A stretch of DNA of 64,000 nucleotides, taken from IMG/VR virus record IMGVR_UViG_3300045125_000034, positions 1-64,000 of that record; one strand, written 5' to 3'. The DNA is from a virus. Position numbers and translations under genes: made by a program. The notes under the pieces are model-generated. The model did not search any database. It saw nothing but the letters and a program-made list of their open reading frames with translations, and had not been told where the DNA came from. Of this stretch, positions 49,087-63,407 are shown in pieces (the stretch's first letter is position 1; each line of letters begins with the position of its first letter).

Positions 49087-50411
49087 ATGGAAGACAGCAG
49101 ATACCAAATCATTGAAGGCGACTGCATCACAGGGAATGAAGACGCTACCCGATGGGTGCGTCCATACCATAGGTAACATCCCCACCGTACTATGGTCTTC
49201 GTGACTATGACGGCGGTGAGGCAGAGATCGGAGGCGAAGAGACCCCGATGACTATGTGAAGAAGATGGTTGAGGTGTTCAGGGAAGCCAAGCGTATTCTC
49301 CGAGATGATGGTACGCTGTGGCTGAACCTTGGTGACACCTACGCTACTACAAGCGGCGGAATGGAGCAGTTGCGTAAGTTGGGAGGTCAGACTCAAACTA
49401 CGGAGCGGTGAAGTACTCCGAGGGGTACAAGGGTGTGTCACAGAAAGGTAAGGATGGAGCCAAGAAGAGCGGTCTCAAGCACAAGGACTTGATCGGTATT
49501 CCTTGGAGAGTCGCACTTGCTCTACAGGCTGACGGTTGGTATCTCCGTCAGGACATCATTTGGAACAAGCCAAATCCCATGCCCGAGAGCGTGACCGACC
49601 GTTGCACCAAGTCTCACGAATACATCTTCCTGCTGACCAAGCACCCGAAGTACTACTACGATCACGAAGCAATCAAGGAGCCTGCGACCACATCTCCTAT
49701 GTCAAGAGACAAGCAGGGAGAGGGCTATCAGGCAGACTATCCTCACGGTGATCGTTTCTCTCCCGGGCGAAAGAGTGTGGGGAGCGGACGGCAAGCGTAA
49801 CAAGAGGTCTGTGTGGACTGTGACTACCAAGGCGTACAAGGGAGCGCACTTTGCTACCTACCCCAAGGACTTGATTGAGCCTTGCGTCCTCGCTGGGTAC
49901 GAGCGAGCATGGGTGCTGCTCCAAGTGTGGTGCCCATACAAGCGTACAGTAGAAAAGCCTACGCAAAACTTGGAGCCTGTTGATCCTATTGAGCGTAAGG
50001 AGAGTAGCGCTTACCCCTGAAGATAGTGCTATAGTTCTGTGGTTAGAACAGAATGGTGGCGACTACCGAATCTCCGTTGACGGCGACAAGCACACGGAAC
50101 AATGGAACGACATTCCTATCAGTAATGGCAGAAGAAGTGAGTTCAAGAAGAAAGGCTACACCATTCTCACACATGGGGAGAGGGGAACCAATAGCAACAG
50201 GGTGGGTTCAGACCTGTGAGTGTTCCGATTCCACCACCGTTCCCTTCGCACAGTTCATTCGACCCGTTCACAGGCAGCGGCACGACTGCGGTCGTTTGCT
50301 ATGAACCACTTGGACGCAAGTACATCGGTACAGAGTCGAACCCCGAGTACTATCAAGTTGGCTGAGGGCAGGATAGCCGAAGAAGCACCCCTAACTCTAT
50401 TGGATTCCTAA
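49087..50411 (+). CDS. Beta-class N4C/N6A DNA methyltransferase with Zn-finger insertion (frameshifted)
   Basis: TSPPYYGLRDY, IPWRVALALQADGWYLRQDIIWNKPNPMPESV, HFATYP, DPFTGSGTT. Confidence 0.9.
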
Positions 50412-50413
50412 CG

Positions 50414-50689
50414 ATGAACAAGTTGAGACCGATTGGAAAGTGGATTGAAGCTCTAGACTGTTGGTGGTGGCGAGAAGACCACAGAGAGTGGTATCATCTA
50501 CACCGAGAAGATCTCGCTCTCAGATGGTGTGGAGCACGGTCATGTCTATCGTGGCGAAGCAAGTTGACCGAGGACATCTAAGGTTGGAGAGACAAGGTTC
50601 TGTGGGACACCTCCAAGATCAGGGGCGGTGGCCACGGCAATAACAATGTGATCCATCAGGATTGGATCTCTATGGTGGAGAGAAAGTGA
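50414..50689 (+). CDS. groES: GroES-like co-chaperonin (frameshifted)
   Basis: LRPIG, EKTTESGII, KVGDKVL. Confidence 0.7.
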
Positions 50690-51433
50690 TGGACAAGACA
50701 GTATTCATTCCTATTCCGACACGCAATCATAACAACTATCTAAAGCACTATCTTCGGTGCATAGATGAGTTGGGACTATCCCAAGGATAAGATAGTCACT
50801 TCCACATCAAACAACAAACAACAACGATGATGACACTGCTAGCTACTCTTAACTTCATGGATGAACAAAAATCACCGAAGTTACAAGAAGGTAATGTTTG
50901 AGCACGGCGACTTCTCTGTTCTTCAGAAAGACATGGGGTGGCAGGACAAGGATGGAATTAGACTTCGCATCATGTCTATCATTAGGCTTAGAGAAGTTTG
51001 GATTTGTGCAAGCAAGAGTGGTGCGAGCTATTTCTTCCCTATGGATACGGATAATTGGGTTGCTCCATTCACATTGAAGTACCTAATTGATGATGATTGC
51101 CTTAGTAGCACCATTCATGAAGGACTTTATGGCAGAAAGAGAAATCTGGCGCTCCAGTTACTTCTACAAGGTAAACGAGTGGGGATTTATGGCAGTAAAG
51201 ACCCCAACCACGAATCATTCAACATATGCGGCACAGACAAAGGCCCGGTGTGGAACCATAAAGGTAGATGCTGTGGTTCATTGCACATATCTTCTTGGTT
51301 GCAGTTACATGTACAAAGGTCAAGTACTATGACGGCAGCAATCAATGGGAATTGCACCTTGCTAATTAGTGCTAGAACAAACGGAGTAAATCGTCGCAGT
51401 ACATCTGTAACGAAGGATGTTTGGGTTTGTTAG
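50689..51433 (+). CDS. GT-A glycosyltransferase (frameshifted)
   Basis: VFIPIPTRN, NN..DDT, FPMDTDN (DxD), VHCTYL. Confidence 0.6.
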
Positions 51434-51559
51434 GTATGCGAAACAATAGTGGATCGTGATGACTGTTATGACCTTATGTCATCTAAATGCCTCAAAGATA
51501 ACAAAAGAGTGACGGACAAAGATGTTGTGTTTTTCGGGGCAACACAGCAAGAATAACAC

Positions 51560-52290
51560 AAATCCAATCTATGCTAAACGAAAAATAGCCTGTGAAGAAA
51601 CATGGCTAAAGGATATTGATACAAGCAAGTACTGTTGTAACCACCATAAACGACCCATCACACTATGAGTTTCAACAGAATCCAGAAAAGAAATACCACT
51701 TTTCCGATGAGGAAGAGTCTTGTTACATAAACGCACCAGATAGTTGGCATTCTTGCTATGACAGAACTAAGATTTTCTAGAGTGGGTATGAATGAAACAA
51801 CATCTCAGTATTTTGGAAAGTTGATGATGATACTTTTATCAATGCGAATAGATTCAATACCTACGAAGATTACAAGAACAAAGACTCTATTGGACTACAG
51901 TATTTCTATAACAATCATTCTAAACTAAATGTGCCGGGTTACTTTATGCATGGAGCGGAGTGTTGTGTATCTCGTAGAATTTTAGGGAATGTGTTGGATA
52001 AATGCCTCTACCAATCAAAGATGACTATGTAAACCACGAAGATTATGACTTGGGGTACGTAATCAGTAATCTCATACCCGATGCTGTGGTCCATTCTCGA
52101 TTCTGATATACATCCAACAATAAATGAAACCTCTCCAGAAACTTTGAATTCGGGCAAGAAGATAGACAATCTATTACTTGCTGCCCCGTTCCTCCTGATA
52201 AGATGGTACTTCTTCACAAGATGTATTCGAATAGTGGCAGGAAAGACATGGAAACAATGCACAACTACTACAAGGACGGCAATTGAACTT
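51560..52290 (+). CDS. GT31/Fringe-like glycosyltransferase (frameshifted)
   Basis: FWKVDDDTFIN, YFMHG. Confidence 0.55.
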
Positions 52291-54839
52291 CTACACCCAT
52301 GTAGCCGTCAAAGGCTCTAACATCCTCTTCCGTGGCTAATGAGAACGGTAAGAAGGTTTCCTACAAGGCAGACTTCGCACCGACTCTGTTTGTTCCCGCC
52401 AAGGGCAAGAAGACCGAGTGGGCTTACCCTTGATGGCAAGCCTGTAGAGCCATTCCAACCCGGCAGCATCCGCGACTGCAGCGAGTTCATCAAGGAGTAT
52501 CGTGGGGTGAGCGTGGTTTTGAGATATACGGTAACTCCGAGTGGGTCTATCAGTACATCGGCAAGCAGTACCTCAATGAAGTTGAGTACGATCCTTCGCT
52601 ACTTCGTGTTGGGTTCATAGAACATTGAGACCGAGAGTGAGGATGGATTCCCTAACATCAAAACTGCTACCGAGAGAGTCAATGCTATCACCCTGAAGGT
52701 CAAGGGCAAGACATTGGTGTTTGGCTTGGGTAAGTTTGCCCTGCCCGATTCCAAGTGCTTCCAGTACGATGACGAAGCCAAGATGTTGCAGGAGTTCCTT
52801 GCAGCATGGGAGGCTTTAGACATAGACATCATTACGGGATGGAACATCAACTTCTTTGACATCCCATACCTTGTCAACCGCATCACACGACTGTTCGGTG
52901 AGAAAGAAGCCATGCGTCTTTCCCCGTGGAGAGACATTCGCTCCCGAACAGTAGTTGTGATGAACAAGGAGAACGAGGTCTATGACTTGTTGGGGATAGC
53001 AACCCTTGACTACTTTGACCTGTACCGCAAGTTCACATATGTGAATCAGGAGTCCTATGCCCTGAACCACATTGCTTGGGTGGAGTTGGGGGAGCGTAAG
53101 AAGCACTACGAAGGAACCCTGTCTGAATTCTACAAGAGAGACTTTCAGAAGTTCATTGAGTACAATCAGCACGATGTTGCTCTCGTAGAGATGCTTGAGA
53201 ACAAGTTGAAGTTGCTTGAACTATCGTTGGCTCTAGCCTACTCCGCTAAGGTGAACCTCAACGATGTCTTCTCGCAGGTGCGTACATGGGATGCCATCGA
53301 TTATCACCACCTGACCAAGAAGAAGATCGCTATACCCATGAAGCGTGGGGATGCTGAGAAGGAAGACAAGTTTAGAGGGAGCCTATGTGAAGGAGCCTCT
53401 TGTGGGCAGTCACGATTGGGTAGTCTCGTTTGACTTGGACTCGCTGTACCCGCACCTCATCATGCAGTACAACCTCAGCCCCGATACCAAGGTGGTTGAC
53501 CGACAGGGTAGAGCCTCTAGCCTACACGGTAGAGGACTTCCTCACGCAGAGACACGCGGGTGCGGACACGCCCACGCGGGCGGTACATGGAGAGATGTTT
53601 GACAAGGGTTACTGTCGTTGCTGCTAACTGCGTCTGCTTCACCAAGAGCAAGCAGGGCTTCCTGCCCGAACTCATGGAGACCATGTATGAGGAACGCAAG
53701 GCTTTCAAGAACAAGATGCTTGAAGCCAAAGCGACACTAAAGAAGTTAGGGGAAGATGCTCCTGCCGATAAGGTCAAGCAGTTGAAACTTGACATTACTC
53801 AAGTACCACAACTTTCAGTTGGTGCGTAAGATTCAGTTGAACTCTGCGTTCGGTGCTTGTGGCAACCAATACTTCCGCTACTACGATCCGCAGATAGCCG
53901 AAGCCATCACCTATTCGGGTCAGTTGTCCATCCGTTGGATTGAGAACGCTCTGAACAAGTTCTTGAACAAGACTCTCAAGACCAACAGGATAGACTACAT
54001 CATCGCAAGCGACACGGACTCTGTATACATCCGTCTTGGTAACTTGGTCAAGCAGATCATGCCCAATGAGACTGACCTGCAGAAGATCACCAAGTTCCTG
54101 AACCGCTTCTGTAACGAAGTCTTGCAGCCACTCATCAACAAGGAGTTTGTCCAACTCGCAGAACAGCAGCAGGCTTACTCGCAGAAGATGAACATGAAGC
54201 GAGAGGGTATCTGCTAGTCGTGGCATATGGACGGGCAAGAAGCACTACATCCTTGCCATATGGATGGGCGAGGACAATGTGCTGTTGCAGAAGCCTGAGA
54301 TCAAGATGATGGGTATTGAGACTGCCAAGAGCAGCACCCCGTTCATCGTGCGTGAGGCTCTGAAGAAGGCTATCGGTATCATCATCAACGGAAATAGGGA
54401 GGAGTTGGTCTCGTTCGTTGGTTCCTTCAAGGAAACCTTTAACGGTAGCCCCGTGGAGGAGATAGCGTTCCCGCGTGGGTGCAACAACCTCAAAGAGTAC
54501 AAAGACCCAACGATGATCTACAAGAAGTCTACCCCAATCGCCGTGAAGGGTGCGTTGATTTATAACCATTGGCTACGCGAGAGGAACCTGACCAAGAAGT
54601 ACCCTCTGATAGGTGACGGAGAGAAGGTCAAGTTCATCTATCTGCGAATGCCCAATCCCGTGAAGGACAAGGTTATTTCGTTTAGCGGCAAGATTCCGAA
54701 GGAGTTTGGGCTGGAGGCGAAATACATAGATTATGAGGCTCAGTTTGATAAGTCCTTCGTAGTCCCCCTTACTACTATCACTAACTTGATCGGATGGAAC
54801 ATCTTTGAAATGAGTACCTTGGAGGATCTATTGTCATGA
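52283..54839 (+). CDS. gp43: Family B DNA polymerase (T4 gp43-like), frameshifted
   Basis: ITGWNINFFDIPYL, YNQHDV, SFDLDSLYPH, KIQLNSAFG, ASDTDS, MGIETAKSSTP. Confidence 0.97.
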
Positions 54840-55015
54840 TTATGCAAATGCTTGGATTGGTGATTGGCGTATGTGCAGGTTACCTTTTGGGTCTGTTTGT
54901 CTACGAGCAGATGCAACCTCATAGCAGAGAAGCGTCGTAGGCGTAAGATCCGAGAAGAACTTGACCGTCTGTTCAATGACCGATAAACTACACTATTCTA
55001 AATGGAGTATACACA

Positions 55016-56082
55016 ATGAGCGACTTTCTAAAGAGCATGATTCGTGCTTCGGGTAACGAGTGGGCAACCATAGCAGAGGATGGAGTTGATGGTGATGTTG
55101 CGGGCTTTGTAGACACAGGCTCGTACATCTTCAACGCTCTCCTGTCGGGTTCACTCACAGGCGGTATCGCAAGCAACAAGATCCTTGGTATCGCAGGCGA
55201 GAGTGCTACGGGCAAGACCTACTTTGCCCTTGGTATCGCCGCACAGTTCTTGAAGGACAATCCCGATGGAGCGATCCTCTACTTTGACAGCGAGCAGGCT
55301 GTTACGAGTGAGATGATCTCAGGCAGAGTGTCTTGACCCCGCTCGCGTAGCCGTATTCCCTGTGGCTACTGTGGAGCAGTTCCGTCATCAGTTGCTACAG
55401 ATCATAGACAACTACGGCAAGTTGGACGAGAAGAAGCGTAAGCCCTTCTTTGTGGTGTTGGACCTCGCTAGGCATGTTGAGCACTAGCAAGGAAACCAAC
55501 GACACACTTGAAGGCAAGGAAGTCAGGGACATGACTCGCTCGCAGGTTATCAAGGGAACCTTCCGAGTCCTGACCATGAAGTTGGGTCTGCACAAGATCC
55601 CGATGGTTGTGACGAACCACACCTACGATGTCGTTGGTGCGTATGTTCCGACCAAGGAGATGGGTGGTGGTAGCGGTCTGAAGTATGCTGCGTCTACCAT
55701 CGTTTACCTGTCCAAGAAGAAGCATAAGGTAGATGACGAGGTTGTGGGTAACATCATTCATTGCAAGTTGTATAAGGCTCGCTTCACCCGCGAGAACAAG
55801 ATGGTTGATGTGCTACTTACCTTTGACAAGGGGCTAGATAGATACTATGGTCTAGTTGACCTTGCTCTCTCGCAGGTAGTGTTCAAGAAGGTTTCCACCA
55901 AGATTGAACTACCCGATGGGACTACCGCCTTTGAGAGTCAGATCAACAAGAACCCCACCAAGTTCTTCACTGAGCAGGTCATGAAGTCCCTTGAGGCAGC
56001 AGCCGCGAAGGAGTTCAAGTACGGTAGCGACAGCGAAAGTGAAGTAGAAACAGAAAAGGAATTGGAGACAGCAGATGAGTAA
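55016..56082 (+). CDS. uvsX: UvsX RecA-like recombinase (frameshifted)
   Basis: [42 protein letters not shown]. Confidence 0.95.
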
Positions 56083-56755
56083 GTTTTTGAGCATAGTAGT
56101 TCCGTATAGAAACAGGCAAGAACATCTTGCGGTGTTTGCTCCGCATATGGAAAAGTTCCTTTACGACTTGGGTATAGAAAACTTCAAAATACTTATTGTT
56201 GAACAGGATGATCCACTCGTGAGGTCAAGCATTCAACAGAGCAAAACTTTTGAATGTTGGATTTGATTTGAGTAAGGACTATGACTATTTTTGTTTCCAC
56301 GATGTCGATATGATACCTACCGAAGCAGACTACAGTTGGGTGGATGAACCTACTCACATGGCAACAGAGTGTTCACAATTTGGATATCAGTTGCCATATG
56401 GTGGTTACTTTGGTGGGGTCACTCTATTCAATAAGCAAGACTTTTTGGATGTAAATGGTTACAGTAACGACTACTGGGGTTGGGGAGCAGAGGACGATGA
56501 TATGATGCTTCGTTGCTATTCTAAAAACAAATTGCACCCTCCTGCACATACCAAGAAGGCGTGGAAGATATGAATCTCTAAGCCATCAGAGAAGAATAAT
56601 ATTGAATGAGTATAAGGGGAACATACAAAAACTACAGACACTAAATCCAGATAATGTCTGTTTAGAGGGGTCTGAACACCCTTCATATGAGACCCTTGAT
56701 ATCAATCCGTATCCCAATACACAGCATACAACAATAGTAAAGGTGTCTATATGAG
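56075..56755 (+). CDS. GT7 beta-1,4-galactosyltransferase-like protein
   Basis: [42 protein letters not shown]. Confidence 0.9.
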
Positions 56756-57549
56756 TAAAGGTCTAATACTTGGGTCTTCAAAGGGTCTTTCTCTAGACCA
56801 ACTATATCCTTGGGCATCTTCTGCTTCAGAAACAGGGAATAGAGTTGTGTTACTTAACATGGATGGAGAGAGTAACAAAATGCTATCCCTTCAGTTAAAG
56901 GGGATTGGGATTGAAGTCAGGGATGTTGTTTCCGACAACACACTATCTCCGCATAATGCTAGATTTGTGGCTCAACACGAATACTTAAGCCGGGCGCGAC
57001 GAGGAATATTGTGTAATCACAGATGTTAGAGATGTTTTGTTTCAGGAGTGATCCAATAGAATGGATCACCAATAACATAGAAAATTATGATGTTGTATGT
57101 GCTAGTGAGGGTCTTCTTTATAAGGACGAACCTTGGGGTAGAGGTAATTTGATAGAGGGGTATCCCGATTTGTATGAGAGCCATAAAGACAACCCAATCA
57201 TGAATGTTGGTGTTATTGGGGAAATGCAGAGGAAGTTGCAAAGGTTTGTCTTAGAATATTTGAAATGTGCAAGGCAAACAAAGCATACTTAGCAGATCAA
57301 TCGTCTTTTAATGTTATCTGTGCTGACAGCACTATGCAGAACAAAATAAAGAAGACAACATCAAGAGATCCTTTTGCCTTGCATTGTAGTTGCTTGATTA
57401 GAAACTGCCGAGGTAGTAGTTTTGTCTTGAATGAGTCTACGGTTCATCTGTTAAAAGATCCCGAACCAATAAACGAAAAAGGAGTTCTAAAAACTCCGAG
57501 TGGTATCCCTTATTCTATAGTGCATCAATGGGATAGGATGCCGTCATGA
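56751..57549 (+). CDS. Putative GT-A glycosyltransferase (frameshifted)
   Basis: ITDVRDV, DQSSFN, IVHQWDR. Confidence 0.65.
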
Positions 57550-58348
57550 AAACTGTTTGCAGAAGATATCCCGATTGGTTAAATTTTGAATTGGATTTCC
57601 CTACAGAGATTCATTTACAATACCCAGAATTTCCATTTGACCCCAAAGATGGGGTATACCGAGTGTATTGTGATTCCTTTGAGCCATCGACTTCTTGTGC
57701 AAATCCAAAACAAATAAGTAAGATATTGCTCCTGTATGACCTCATTCTTACGAAAAATGAAAACATAGTTTCGGAATATCCAAACGCTAAGTTGTTCTTC
57801 TTTGGTAATTCTATGATGTATCCTGATGTTCCCGGCAGGAAAGAATTCTCCGTGTCTTTCTTGACAACAAAACCCAATTGGCATTTGCCGGGCTATGATT
57901 TGAGGTATGAACTGTGGGGCAAACAAGACGAGATACTTATCCCCAAGGTATTCTATAGTTCAAGAAGAATGCCAATAGATTCTTCTCGTATACTTCCGGG
58001 AGATGGCGGGGACAAGGATAAGATGTTGATGTTTGAATCAATGTTTCACATAGCAATAGAAAATACCAATGAGAAGAACTACTTCACAGAGAAGATAAAC
58101 GATTGTTTTTGGACGGAAACAGTACCCTTGTATTGGGGCAACAAAGATACAATCAACAGTAAATTTGACTCTCGGGGGTAATACACTTCCAATCAATACC
58201 AGAACTGATAGAGTTATGCAATTCTCTAACGCCCGACGATTACACTTCTAGGCTTGAGAGTATAAAGAACAACAAAGAACTATCTAAAGAATACTCAAGG
58301 CATATGAACGAACGCATCCGTGATGAAATTTTAATGAGAAGAAGATGA
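57546..58348 (+). CDS. GT10 alpha-1,3-fucosyltransferase-like protein
   Basis: FHIAIENT...YFTEKINDCF..TVPLYWG. Confidence 0.85.
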
Positions 58349-59072
58349 AGTGGTGTTTTGGAATAGTGTTCAATGGTATTGACTATTTGAGCAGACAAAT
58401 AGTCTCAATCAAGAACCAAGAGGGTATCTGTACAAACGACTATCAGATAATTTTAGTAGGGTCCAAGCACAGACGAATCTTCAAGATTGATTTCTTCGTT
58501 TCGGTCTGAAGGAATAGATATCTCTCTTATACCGTTTCAAGACACATCCGAAATGGGCTGGATAACTAAGAAGAAGAATCTTGTGGCTTACATGTCCAAG
58601 TACGAGAACTTAGTTATAACACACGACTATGTTGGTTTCTGCCGTGGGTGGTATAGAAATTTTGTTGAGTTTGGTGAGGATTGGGAGGTGTGCATGAACT
58701 CAATAAGAAGAGATGATGGTAGAAGGTTTAGGGATTGGATTACCTTTAAGGAATGGTGGGGTTGGCCTCTATTTCTTCCTTATGAAGTTACGGATCAAAC
58801 ATCCAAAATGTATGTTAGCGGAACTTATTGGTGCGCGAAGAAACACTACATGGTCAAAAACCCATTAAACGAAAAATCTAAGATGGGGGCAGGGTGAAGA
58901 CCTAGAGTGGTCTCATAGATGCAGGCACACTTGGAACTATAAGATAAACAAGAACTCTGTAGTTAAGTTGATGAAAGAGAAATTATGGAAGGGACAGCCC
59001 GACTATAGCCCGCACCCAGATACTGATCCTAATGTTGATGAAATTCTTACATCGTCAGAGGTTCAACCATGA
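58345..59072 (+). CDS. GT2-like glycosyltransferase (frameshifted)
   Basis: WITKKKN, LVITHDY, GEDLEWS. Confidence 0.65.
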
Positions 59073-59517
59073 AGGTTATAGCACACAGAGGAAATGTGTT
59101 TGGTCCGATACCTCTAAGGAAAACAATCCAAAGTATATTGAAGCAGCATTAGATCTTGGGTTTGATGTTGAGATTGATGTTTGGTTTGACGAGAGTGATT
59201 CGTGCGCGGGGTATTATCTCGGTCACGATCATCCCTTGTATAAAATTGATGCCTCTTGGTTGATGCGTGATGGAGTTTGGTGTCATGCCAAAAACCAGAA
59301 GGCACTAGAAAGAATGTTTTGTGACAAAATCCCCAACTATTTTTGGCATCAGGAAGATAGATTCACCATAACTAGTAGAGGTGATATATGGTGTTACCCA
59401 AACAATCCTAGTCGGTCGGGGATATTAGTCGATGTAGGTAGACCCAAACGAGGTCTTGATATTCGTGGAGTGTGTACAGACTACGCAAATGAATGGAAAA
59501 TGGAGTATAGAACATGA
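59069..59517 (+). CDS. Glycerophosphodiester-phosphodiesterase-like (PLC-like) protein
   Basis: IAHRGN, EN, GFDVEIDVW, LGHD, WCHAKN, GVCTDY. Confidence 0.8.
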
Positions 59518-60481
59518 AAACACTAGACATTTTTTACCTCACCTTTTCTAGACCAAACTTTCTTATTGCTCATGCTAGGGAAATAGCAGCAGCAATAAAG
59601 AAGAAGCCGGTGGTGAATTCAGTTGTATTTTTGGGCAATCCCAGCAGAATTCCTCAAGAAATTAAAGATCAACTCAAGGCAATTCTTGGTTCTAAACTCG
59701 TTATAGAAGATCACTACAAGAATCGAAGAGTACATGGCTAAACTTGATCGTATAGCCAGTTCTAAATCAGACTATACGATGAAGATTGACGAGGATTGCT
59801 ACATGACCTCCGAATCTTGGGTTAAGATGTTTGATTTGATGGACGAGATACAAGACAACGATTTGTTTGGTACTGGTTGTATAACAAACGGTATACCAAC
59901 ATGTGATCTTTTTCTTCAGAACCACGCACCAAAAGTAAAAGATCGAATCGAAACTGACTATTTCTGCAAGGCTCAGTTTTACCCCCATAAATGGAGCAGA
60001 TTATAGGGTGCTAAACCATCCATCATTGAAGATGAAATGGAATCCCGATCTTTTCTGGCATCTATTGTCTACAGTAAATCACCCCTATCAGGGGATTCAC
60101 CCCATGCGTCTTATGGGGGACGCAAACATAGTTCTAAACGATCACATAGTCAACAACTTTGATGAAACTATGCTTCCTAAAGACCTTCCTGTTATACACG
60201 AAAAGGACAAGTACCCCCATTACTGTCCCCAAGTTCTTTTGATGAAACCAGAAAATCTAAAGAAAGTCTTGTCTTCCAAAGAACTTTTTTATGACATGTA
60301 CGACGAAGTACCGCTGAACTTGTATAGAGAAAAACACGGAATGGCAATGGCTATAGGTGTAGGAATTCCAATACTTCATACTATGTTTAACTGGTCTCAG
60401 CAGTATGAATATGAAAGAACTCTTATAGATCGTTTGTGCAAGATATCTGAAGACCGCCATCAAAAAGAAGTATTCGTATGA
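59514..60481 (+). CDS. Putative glycosyltransferase (frameshifted)
   Basis: MKIDED (DxD-like), HPMR, YDE. Confidence 0.55.
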
Positions 60482-61205
60482 CCCCGATGAAGTTCAGGTA
60501 GTTATACCTCTTGCGGGGGAAGGCAAAAGATTTAGAGACAGGTATTCTTGCCCAAAGCCTCTCATAGACATAAGAGGCGAAAAGATGATATCTTTAGCCT
60601 TTAGAACTTTAGATATTCCTCACAGCAAAGCAGTATTCATAATACGATCAGATCACGATTACGATGGTATGTTATCAAAAACCATAGAGGAATTTTGTCC
60701 GAAAAGTTCTATAGTAGTTGTTGATAAATTGACAGAAGGTCCGTGCTGTACCGCTTTGTTGGCAAAACCACATTTAGAATCAGATAAACCTCTCGTTGTA
60801 GCGAATTGCGATCAGGTTATGAGATGGAGTGGTTCTAGGTTTATAAGATATTGTATAAGAGAAAACTATGATGGGGTTGTAGTAACCTATCATGAAGCCA
60901 CACCGAAAAATAGTTACGCTCGTTTAAACAAAAATGGGGATGTTGTTGAAGTAAGAGAGAAGAATCAGATAAGTTGTGTATCTTTGAACGGCATACACTA
61001 TTGGAAGAGAGCAGATTATTTCTTCGAATCTTCCGAAAAGATGATGAAAGCAGATGATAGGACTAACAATGAGTTTTACATTGCTCCCTCTTACAATTAC
61101 ATGATTGCTGATGGGCATACCGTTGGTATCTACCACATTCCCAATGAACAGCATTATGCTATCGGTACTACTCAAGATTTGGAGACCTACATAGGATAGG
61201 ACACA
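60478..61205 (+). CDS. Sugar-phosphate nucleotidyltransferase
   Basis: VIPLAGEGKRF, PKPLIDI, LTEG, ANCDQ, EK, NEFYIAP, IGT. Confidence 0.85.
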
Positions 61206-61218
61206 GAACGAGGTTCCG

Positions 61219-61548
61219 TGATGATAGTTGATATGATTCAGAACTATGTCTCGTGGGTGGTTTGTTGGAGACTTCGAACCTAGTATTCACAAAACTGATA
61301 AATTTGAAGTAGGCGTTCTTACCCACAAGAAGGGCGAGAAGTGGGCTGCTCATTACCATAAAGAAGCAAGAGAGATAAACCTTCTACTTGAGGGTAAGAT
61401 GTTGATGCATGGAGTGGAGTTGCAAGAAGGATCCATTTTTGTTCTTGAGCCTTGGGAAGTAGCAGATCCAATATTTCTTGAAGACTGCAAAGTTCTAGTA
61501 ATCAAAACCCCGTCTATAAAAGGAGACAAATATGAAGTTGTTTGTTGA
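61219..61548 (+). CDS. Cupin-fold protein
   Basis: GWFVGDFEP, HYHK..EINLL..GK. Confidence 0.75.
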
Positions 61549-62789
61549 TGAAAACAGCATTGATCGTGAGAAGTATTTTGTTGTTACCTATATGGTCGAG
61601 TCTGATAAAAGTCTTAGAGATGCTGCTTGGAATATTGCCATAGGTCAAAGTGTCGGAAACCCAAATGTTAGGGGAACAGGTGGGAGACCGGAAGACCTGT
61701 TTAAAAATCATTCGTGTCTCATCCTCGGGGACGAAGGGGAACTTAGTGTCCAAAAAATAGGAAAGGTCAAGATTGCTTTCCCCGTAATCAATACAGATTG
61801 GGAAACAGACGGAATTAGCCATTTCATGTGCCAAGTCATGGGTGGGCATGTGGACATTGATTTGGTTAAGAGATGTCGTGCTATTGATATAGATTTCCTG
61901 CATAGTGTTACAAAGCACTTCAAAGGTCCACGGTTTGGAATAACGGGAATGCGTGAATTTACAGGGCAATACGATAAGCCACTTTTGGTGCTATCATAAA
62001 GCCTAAGATTGGAATAAGCCCAGAGACACTATTGGATATGGTTAAGGAACTAGTAGAAGGTGGGGTTGACTTCTATAAAAGAAGATGAAATCATGTCCAA
62101 CCCATCATTCTGCCCGCTAGACACTCGGGTGGGTATGATCTCCAATTACTTGGCATCACAATCAAGAAATGTGGTATTTTGCCACACCATAAACTGCGAT
62201 CCGCATGTTCTAGAAAGTAGAGTTAGTCGCATACATTCTCTTGGCGGTAATGGAGTACACATCAATGTATGGAGTGGGTATGGTTCATACAACAGCATAC
62301 GAAAGATGGATCTGCCGATATACATTCATTTCCAGAGTAGTGGAGCAAAAGTCACAACCAACATTACAAATCAGTTCAGTATTAGTTGGCCTGTCATCTG
62401 CAAATTGGCAACAATGATGGGAGTCGATACCATTCAGACGGGAATGGTTGGTGGATACAGCAACGATAATCCCGAAGAAATTCTAGAGTGTGTTCGTATT
62501 TTACAACAGGGGAATACTGTCCCTGTCCTGAGTTGCGGATTGCATCCGGGTCTTGTTGATAAGATAACCTCACTAGTAGGTAACGACTATTTGGGCAATG
62601 CTGGCGGTTCAATTCACGGACACCCAAATGGAACACTATCGGGTGCTAGAGCAATGCGTCAGGTCCATAGACAAAACTTATGGGGTCGAGTACAATGAGG
62701 CAATAGCCAAATGGGGTAAGGTTCAGCCCGAATTCAACATAAAGCAGTTGTATGAAACTGTAGAGTACCAACTAAATTCTAAGGAGTAA
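61532..62789 (+). CDS. RuBisCO-like protein (form IV RLP), frameshifted
   Basis: KGPRFGITGMR, IIKPKIG, GGVDFIKEDE, PVLSCGLHPG, AGGSIHGHPNG..GARAMRQ. Confidence 0.92.
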
Positions 62790-62796
62790 ATGTAAT

Positions 62797-63403
62797 ATGC
62801 AATGGCAAACAGATCTAATAGCAGACATTCGGTTTAATGATCCTAACATAGATGATAGAGATGATGTAACCGGCTTGTTTCTGGCTATGGGTAGACATTT
62901 CGAATTTACGAATGACAACCATACAGCATTACAGAAGGCAATAAGTGCCTGTAGAACTCCCCCAAAAACTTTTTGAAATTGGTGTGTGCAGAAATGCATC
63001 ACAGTCATCTACACATACTATAATAAAAAATGTTCCATCGGACGGGGTTTATCTCGGTGTGGATCTTGATGACAAGACATTTTTAAACGACGCATCAAAG
63101 GGTATACACACCATAAAAACATCATCTTCAAACTACGATGAGGTTGTTAATAGATTAACTAGTCTTGGTGTTAAGACTTTGGATTTCATATTCATTGATG
63201 GTTGGCACAGTATAAATCAGGTTCTTAAAGATTGGGAGTATACAAAACTATTGTCTGACGGTGGTGTTGTTGGGTTCCATGATACTCGACTGCATCCGGG
63301 TCCGCACTATTTTATAAACAATCTGAATAGAGATAAGTGGGAAGTACACTCCAATCTTTGCCCCAATGATTGGGGTTTGGGATATTGTAGAAGAAAGGAT
63401 TGA
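62797..63403 (+). CDS. Class I SAM-dependent methyltransferase (frameshifted)
   Basis: FEIGV, GVD, FIFIDGWHS, GGVVGFHD. Confidence 0.8.
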
Positions 63404-63407
63404 TAAC

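Noticed and set aside
52283-54839. Split or intein-containing DNA polymerase
   Set aside because: Total span fits a single gp43; no intein motifs seen
61532-62789. Phage carbon fixation by a true RuBisCO
   Set aside because: Several carboxylase residues appear substituted, and no rbcS or PRK is in the window
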